Origin: Nemertoderma westbladi
Lineage: Eukaryota > Animalia > Xenacoelomorpha
NCBI GenBank assembly: GCA_032718475.1
Contig: JAUCBJ010007569.1
Location: 1 to 64,000 of the forward strand
Reading direction: 5' to 3'
Length of the DNA: 64,000 nt
In this document: positions 56,944 through 64,000 of the stretch, in pieces
Layout of the letters: each line of letters starts with the position of its first letter
Numbering within the stretch: the stretch's first letter is position 1
Translations under genes and position numbers: made by a program
Notes under the pieces: model-generated
What the model saw: only the letters and a program-made list of their open reading frames with translations
Databases searched by the model: none
What the model was told of the DNA's origin: nothing

Positions 56944-59420
56944 GTCAGGTATTCTGAGTCATTGATTCAGAAAACTTGCCACCTCCATGCAGCATAAAGG
57001 AGGTGGTACCTGTGGTTGCATAGACCCTCTTACCAAGGGCAAAATTTGGTCATGTAACAAAGATCCTTTTCGTTTTGGGATAGTTATGTCTTTGGTCATG
57101 GATTAAGGATACAAATACTTGGCTGCAGGGGTATATGTCCTGGTCCGCCAGATGGTGATCCACCAATGGCTGTTCAGGAGTAGAGTGTTCTCATGTCCAC
57201 TCTGAGTGCACTTCACTGCGACCTGCACCTGGCAGCAGGGGTACAGGGCATGGCCCAGCAGATGAGCTGCACAGCCAATGCCATGGAAATTGATCAACTT
57301 GCTGAATGGGCGGAAAAGCCAACCAACCACCAAGGCGTAATCACCAGCCGATCGCCTCAATGGTTCGAAGGCCCACTTTGAAAAGCTCCTCAATAATGAC
57401 AGGGTATTGCCTGATAACTTTATAGAAGTAAAAGTGTCTAAGTCTGCACTCCCAGATACTCCCATTGGCGATATCTCCTTTGCTGAAGTGAAGGCTGCTG
57501 CAAAGAGCATTAATACCAATCGTGCCAGTCTAGTAGATGGTGTCCCCCTGAGGTCTTTAAATTACCTGAGTGTTTGGAGCTCATTTTTCCCATCCCAGTA
57601 GACATATACAGAACAACAAGAGTCCCACAAGAAATGAAAACAAATAAGTTGGTGCCAGTTCCCAAGAAGGGCAACCTAACACTCTATGGTTCTTTTTGGG
57701 GAATCTCATTGATCTAGATTGCTGCAAAGCTATACAATATAATACTATTAAATCGCATCAGGGATCCCATTGAGAGACTGCTACGTGGAAATCAGAATGG
57801 GGGTTCTGTAAAGGTCGTGGGACCATGTAGCCCTTTTGGCACTTAGAAGGGAAATTGAAGAGTTATAAAAAAAGAAAGACAGGCATCTGGCTGTTATCTT
57901 TGTTGACTTCTTCAAGGCCTTTGATTCAGTCTCTGTTCAGCATACTTTCATTATATGGGATTCCTGATGAAATTATTGCAGCAATCATATCGAGTATACG
58001 ATGGTTCGACATTTGTATCTACTTTTGACGGTGACATGGAACCATTCGAAGTCTTTTGGGGAGTCCTCCAGGGTGACACACTTGCGCCTTAATAATTGTG
58101 AAAACAATAAAATAGGACATGGGGTCTTATTCCCTCAGATACTACCTAGCATTTAGGGCCACTTGGGCCACTGTTAGTACTCAGGCACTATGGCCCATCA
58201 AAAAACAAAATACCAAATCGCATTTAGTGCTACATAACCCAACCCAACTACCACAAGAAAAATTACACCAAACCATACAGTAACTACAGGTTCTGGTAAG
58301 TATTGCACGAAATAGGCTATCCCATAAATTACGAAAAATATAGGACATTTTGTCCGCCGAAAAGGTAAGTCTAAGTAATAAAATTTATAAAAATAAAAGG
58401 GTTTCGGAGATTTAAACACTGAACCCTGGGATTCGTGGTTCACCTCATCAGCAGTGTGCCACGAACTGAGGGAATAAGAAATCTGAGGGAATAAGACCCC
58501 ATGTCCTATTTTATTGTTTTCATATTAATATCACAATCCCTCTAAAGTCGTGGTTGTCTAACATCACTTAATAATTGTGGTTGACTATGTTCTACGCATG
58601 TCCTTGGATCATCATAATGATGATGTGGTGATGGTAACTTCACTTACTGGATCCAGAAGTCGAGGAAATCCTGCCAAGTAGCTAACTTGTCTAGACTTTG
58701 CTGATGACTTAGGAGTACTCTCAGAATCACTAGAGGGATCCCAACGGCTCCTCAGCTCATTAGCCCTTTTTTTTATTTTTTTTGGTCTTTTTGATAACTC
58801 CAAAAAACCAAAAATGTTGACAGTTAACTTTGAAAGTCCTCAGCAAGTTTCTGACCGGATGAGCATAAGCTCAAAGGATTGTATGCTTGAGCTTGTGGAT
58901 GACTTCTGTTACCTGGGATCATGGATCCGGAAGTCAGGTGAGGGCCTTCGAATACGCAAGGGAAAGGCATGGGCAGCCTTGAATAGGCTTTCCAGGATTT
59001 GGAAGTAACACAGAATTCATCGGAAACTTAAGGTCCGATTAGTTAGAGCAGCTGTAGTTCAAGTACTCCTCTATGGGAGTCCATGCTTGTCTCTAACTGC
59101 CGAGGACACCAAATCTCTGGATGGCACATTCACAAGAATGCTACGCCGGGTTCACTGTGTCAAGTACAATGCACACATCTTTAACCAGACACTATATAAC
59201 TTTGGAGGTGTCTCATTGGTTCCACCAAGCTTGACACTAGAACAAAGCCGCCTCAGCTTTGTGTGACATTGCTTTTGCCGTGAGGGCCAGCCAGTGCATA
59301 ATCTTGTGCTCTGGCAGCATCATGGAGTGAATAAGCATGGTGGACAGCCCATGACTTTCTTGAGGCGGATCTTAAAGGACAATGGCCTTGAAGATACGGA
59401 TGATCTAGCAAATGTCATTA
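56944..59420 (+). mobile_element. Degenerate RTE-like LINE family 2, structured 5' leader fused to RT by an internal deletion
   Basis: Broken frames give VPVPKKGNL, AAKLYN.ILLNRI, FVDFFKAFDSV, GVLQGDTLAP, LDFADDL, DFCYLGSW; leader shared with 63415-64000. Confidence 0.8.
58101..58566. mobile_element. Insertion with a 42-bp perfect inverted repeat and 13-bp flanking direct repeat
   Basis: IR at 58099-58140 and 58481-58522; CTTAATAATTGTG at 58088-58100 and 58567-58579. Confidence 0.75.
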
Positions 59421-59624
59421 TACATTTATTATAGGAAGGGATCTAGGATCTATAATAAATGTATAATAAATACAAAAAATACAGCTTGCCAACACATTGT
59501 TACTATCAATAAGCAAATGACATGGGTGATAGGTGGCACAATTTTGTCGACAAGCCGGCACAGCATTTTTAATATATTTGTAATATATATATAGAATGCA
59601 GCTGCAATGCAGCATGCCGATTGT

Positions 59625-61640
59625 AGTCATAGTGGGTCATGTGCTCCAGAGTAGGTATAAGTGATGGCCCCTATACCTGACTCAACTGCGACACCAACCT
59701 GTGGAATGGCAAACCAGGGTATGATATGTCCCCAGAGAGCTGTCTTGGCAAAAAAAGCATCCCCAACCCCCGCATTGGATTACATTAGTAATTGGAATTG
59801 AAGACTATTATCATGTGGAATATATTATCACATGACAATATTAATAATTAATAAATAATTAAACATTATAGATTATATTTAAAAAAATTATATAAAAAAA
59901 TATTCAAAGATAACATAGCCTACAATAAAAAGTTAAAAAAATTTACAAACAAGCTAGTTTTTTTTTATTTTTTGTTCTAGGCTATGTTATCTTTGAATAT
60001 TATTTTTATACAATTTTGTTAAATATAATCTATAATGTTTAATTATTTATTAATTTTTTATATTATCATGTGGTAATATATTCCATATGATAATAGTCTT
60101 CAATTCCAATTCCAATTACTAATGTAATCCAATAATGTTTAATTATAGATTATAAATATATAGATAAAAAATTAAAAAAATTTACAAATAAGCTAGTTTT
60201 TTTATTTTTTGTTCTGGAACAAAAAATATTAAAACTAGCTTATTTGTAAATTATTTTAATTTTTTATTGTAGGCTATGTTATAATTATAACTATGTTATA
60301 ATTACGTGCAATTACATTTTGTTACGTTTTGTCATTCGTGTAGCTAATGTTTTAATTGTTTGTTACTAAACCGGGTACAATTCCTTTAAGTGTTCTAACA
60401 AAAACTAGCTTTACAAAGATAACCTAACATACAACAACAATAATTAATAAAATTTACAAATTAGTTAGTTTTTATTTTATTTTTTGCCCTAGAACAAAAA
60501 ATATTTATTCTAGAACAAAATTATTATAAAAAACAAAATTAAAATTTATAATTATGTTATTATGTTAAAATCAATGATTACAAGAATCATTATATTATAT
60601 CAATAAATTGTTATAATGGCACAGCAAAGTGTAAGAGTCCCCATCTTCCACCCCAACCAACCAAGCCATTGCTGAACCTGAGGAAAATTGCTAGCTGGCT
60701 AGGCAAGAGGCAGTTAATAAATACCCTTACACTCGGGTCCCCCTAACTGCACTGACAGATAAGCTTGGCCTAAGCGCAGTGGGTTTTCAAGAGCACCGAA
60801 TGCAGACTGGTCAGACTGACGAGGTTTTGTTTAAGGACATTAGGGCGGTTGGCTGGCAACCTGCCTTCGCATCGGCAGATGATAGTGGTAATGGTGGAAT
60901 TGGTATATTGATGAATTGTCTTATTGTGACCAAGGTAGCATAGTATATGCGCTAGCAGAACCAGGAAATTTGCATTGCCACGACATGATTGGTCCACTCT
61001 ATGAAAAGACCAGTGTGAGATGCAGCTTTACATTAGAGCTGTGCACCAGGTATTAGGCCGTTGCATCTGAGGCAACAGATCATTGTGAGGGCCATAACAG
61101 TTCCTGTATACCATTGAAGCAGGAAAAAGGCACCCGGATGGACAACAGAATTTGGAAGTGCCGAAATGACCTCTTTAAGGCGCAGAAGGAGTCCCGACTA
61201 CAGCGGCCAAGAATGCAGTTAAGGCTGCATCTAGGTCCCTGAACAGGCAGTACTCTGTTAATCTACAGGAGCTAATAAACCAACAGGTTGATGCCATCAA
61301 TGATGCTGATGACAGCAGGCAATCATCCCAGGCATGGAAATCGATAAACTTGCTGAATGAGTGGAAAATCCGAACAACCACCAAGGTTAAGGCAGAAACC
61401 CAAGGCCGATCATATCAATGGTTGGAAGGCCCACTTTGAAAAGCTCCTCAATAATGACAGGGTATTTCCTGATAACTTTATAGAAGTAAAAGTGTCTGAG
61501 TCTGTACTCCCAGATATTCCCATTGGTGATATCTCCTTTGCTGAAGTGAAGGCTGTTGCAAAGACCATTAAGACCAATCGTGCCAGTGGAGTAGAGTTGA
61601 TGGTGTCCCCCCCCCCTGAGGTTTTTAAATACAAAAGTGC
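59625..61640 (+). mobile_element. Second degenerate copy of RTE-like family 2, interrupted by an AT-rich inverted-repeat block (59774-60600)
   Basis: 59630-59788 matches 63760-63916; 61330-61635 matches 57280-57570. Confidence 0.75.
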
Positions 61641-62185
61641 GTAGGCCTATGTCGTGCGCAGCGTATGGCGCAGCGTATGGCGTATTTAATTAAAGCTTAT
61701 TATAAGCATTCAAACAATACATTGTAAAGATACACTTAAAGGCGAGTAGTAGTGTTAGTGTCACCTGTCACGCACTCAAAACTTAACATTTATGTGTTAA
61801 AATCAGCATTCTACAGCACACGTAATATGTAGGTAGGCCCTACACAGTAAAAACAACTACAAAAATTGTAAAAAAATAACTCATTTTATGAGCACCAGTA
61901 AGCATACAACAGGCCTTCATTATAATGAGTCTGGTTTTTACCTTTTTTTTTTGTTCAAACAGTATGTTATTACACAATAATTAAATGAATTATCTTATAC
62001 CACGATTAAGTTTTCACATCGATACAGTGATGCTGTTACATATTATTTTGTTTATTGTAATCCTATCATTTGGGAATATCACTTTCTCTCTTCACTGTTA
62101 CAATTCTTTAAATATTACATACGCAATCATGTTATACTGTGCCCATTTTGTGTTTTAAAATCCCTGACTTATATATTTTTTTCAG

Positions 62186-62265
62186 GATTGACAACAACTC
62201 AAGTTAGCAACTGGTTTAAAAATCGTCGTCAAAGAGACAGGGCTATGGAAGTAAAGGAATTTTGA
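62186..62265 (+). CDS. SIX1/2: Six1/2 coding exon 5 (homeodomain helix 3 and stop: [26 protein letters not shown])
   Basis: K50 recognition helix identical to Six1/2; acceptor TTTTTTTCAG with CTGAC branch-like motif; phase 1 matches exon 4. Confidence 0.95.
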
Positions 62266-62548
62266 AATTAAACTGGGATTCATCTGGATTTATTCCATTA
62301 TGTTATATGATGTTGGGATCGATGTTATATTGCAACATGAAAGGAAGAGTTTTCAATTAGACTAATTATTTGTATTTTTACTGTAGGTATGACTAATGTA
62401 TGTATAATTATGAAAGTATAACATTTTTATCATGAATATGATTATTAAAGATTCTTAAAGATTTTGGTCATTAGTTATGTATGCATGTAATGCTGTCTCT
62501 AACTTCACCAAAAATTGTTAAACAACTTTAAAATTCTCAGGCAGGCAC

Positions 62549-62846
62549 AGCAAAAGCAAACAGTCGGCCGAAGCCGGAGGCGACCCGAAGGCTCCTCTTT
62601 CGATAGCTGCCACCCGAGGGTAGGGGTGGGCGCTACTCCTATCTGGTACCCGAGGGTAGGTGTGGGCGCTACTCCTATCTGGCACCCGAGGTTAGGGGTG
62701 GGCGCTAATCCTATCCCAAGACTTGCTCCCAGTTCTCTAACTGGTACTCATTTTATCGACCCCAGTGGATGAAAGGCTGAAAGGCTTACAGTGCCTACAA
62801 CCAATAGATTGCAGGCCCGGCGCTCAGCCAACTGAGCTACCCCGCC
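62549..62846 (-). mobile_element. SINE family 2 copy with an internal 36-bp unit triplicated
   Basis: Reverse complement of 28619-28860; unit starts at 62611, 62647 and 62683. Confidence 0.88.
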
Positions 62847-63414
62847 TTAAAACGTTTCTCAAAAAACTCTTAAAAAACTCTTAAAAAACTCTTAAAACAC
62901 TTAAAACTCTCAAACAAAGAGAATTATTATTATTCCTTTATCATGGATGATGAAATATATTTTAAATTCAAGTAAACGTAATACTTAAAATATGGATTTA
63001 TATTCTTGAAACCTCCCCCTTTTTCAAATTCTTGATAAGCCACTGCCCAGACATCTCTGGTTTGAGTTTCCTAAGATGCCCCCCCCCCCCCCCCACCCCC
63101 TGGCTCTTTTGGACACGCCACAGGTTACACCTTAGGACAGACGAGAATTAGTTAATCAATGATAGTATACCGAGCTAGTCGGAATTTGTTTGGGAAATTA
63201 AATGTAGATTTCTCGAACGAGAAATCGACTTTTTGTGGATTTGGATTCGATTATTAAACAAAGGTGAAAGGTTGATATCAATAGCGGTACATTGTAAGCC
63301 TTGTCCAACAAATTACCAATACCCTACAGAAGTTTCCATAATAACAGAGTACTTTAAGGAGGGTGTAAACGCTACGCCGATAACCGACAACCGACAGCCG
63401 ACAACCACTATTGG

Positions 63415-64000
63415 TCAGGTCAGGTATTCTAGGTCATTGATCAAGAAAACTTGCCACCTCCATGCAGCATAAAGGAGGTGCCACCTGTAGCTGCATAGAC
63501 CCTCTTACTAGGGCAAATCTGGTCCTGTAACTAGGACCCCCTTCGTTCTGGGATAAGGACGCCCTTGGTCCTGGATTAAGGACCCATATACTTGGCTGCA
63601 GGGGTATATGGCCTGACCAGGCAGATGGTGATCTACCAATGGCTGGTTAGGAGTAGAGTGTTCTCATGTCCACTCTGAGGGCACTTCACTGCCACCTGCA
63701 CCTGGCAGCAAGGGTACAGGGCATGCATGACCCAGCAGATGAGCTGCAACAGCCAATGGTGGGTCATGTACGCCAGAGTAGATATGGGTGATGGGCCTCA
63801 TATCTGACTCCATTGCGACACCCACCCTGTGGAATGGCAAACCAGGGTGTGGTATTTGCCCCGAGAGCTGACTCGGCAAAAAAGCACCCCCCAACCCCCA
63901 CTATGGATTACATTAGCACTGCGGAGGTCCGGCCACTAGAGGCCAGTGGAATTACCGGACACAATCGGCCTCACAGGCGTCAGTTAACTCCTGACCGGCT
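63415..64000 (+). mobile_element. 5' leader of RTE-like family 2 (third copy, runs off the window end)
   Basis: Matches 56944-57280 and then 59630-59788. Confidence 0.75.

Overview
This is AT-rich animal genomic DNA; the species cannot be identified from the sequence. The window holds one host gene, a Six1/2 (sine oculis) homeobox gene on the + strand. Its five coding exons (651 nt, 216 aa, ATG 3828 to TGA 62265) span 58 kb, and the introns are filled with nested transposable elements. These include two young, internally deleted BEL/Pao LTR elements with near-identical LTRs and 5-bp TSDs (B, 14338-25247 minus; C, 32968-45368 plus), an older decayed BEL/Pao copy (A), one intact two-ORF LINE, RTE and CRE-like fragments, tRNA-derived SINEs, and piggyBac-, Merlin- and mariner-like non-autonomous elements. 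Main finding: none of the three BEL/Pao elements has a tRNA primer-binding site. Each has GTAAC directly after the 5' LTR, and in B and C that site is the reverse complement of a segment of the element's own LTR, with the pairing ending exactly at the LTR boundary. This is the geometry expected for tRNA-independent self-priming. B and C also share an extra non-env ORF encoding three zinc knuckles; in C it sits behind an internal LTR-like promoter. All alignments and counts were made by eye.
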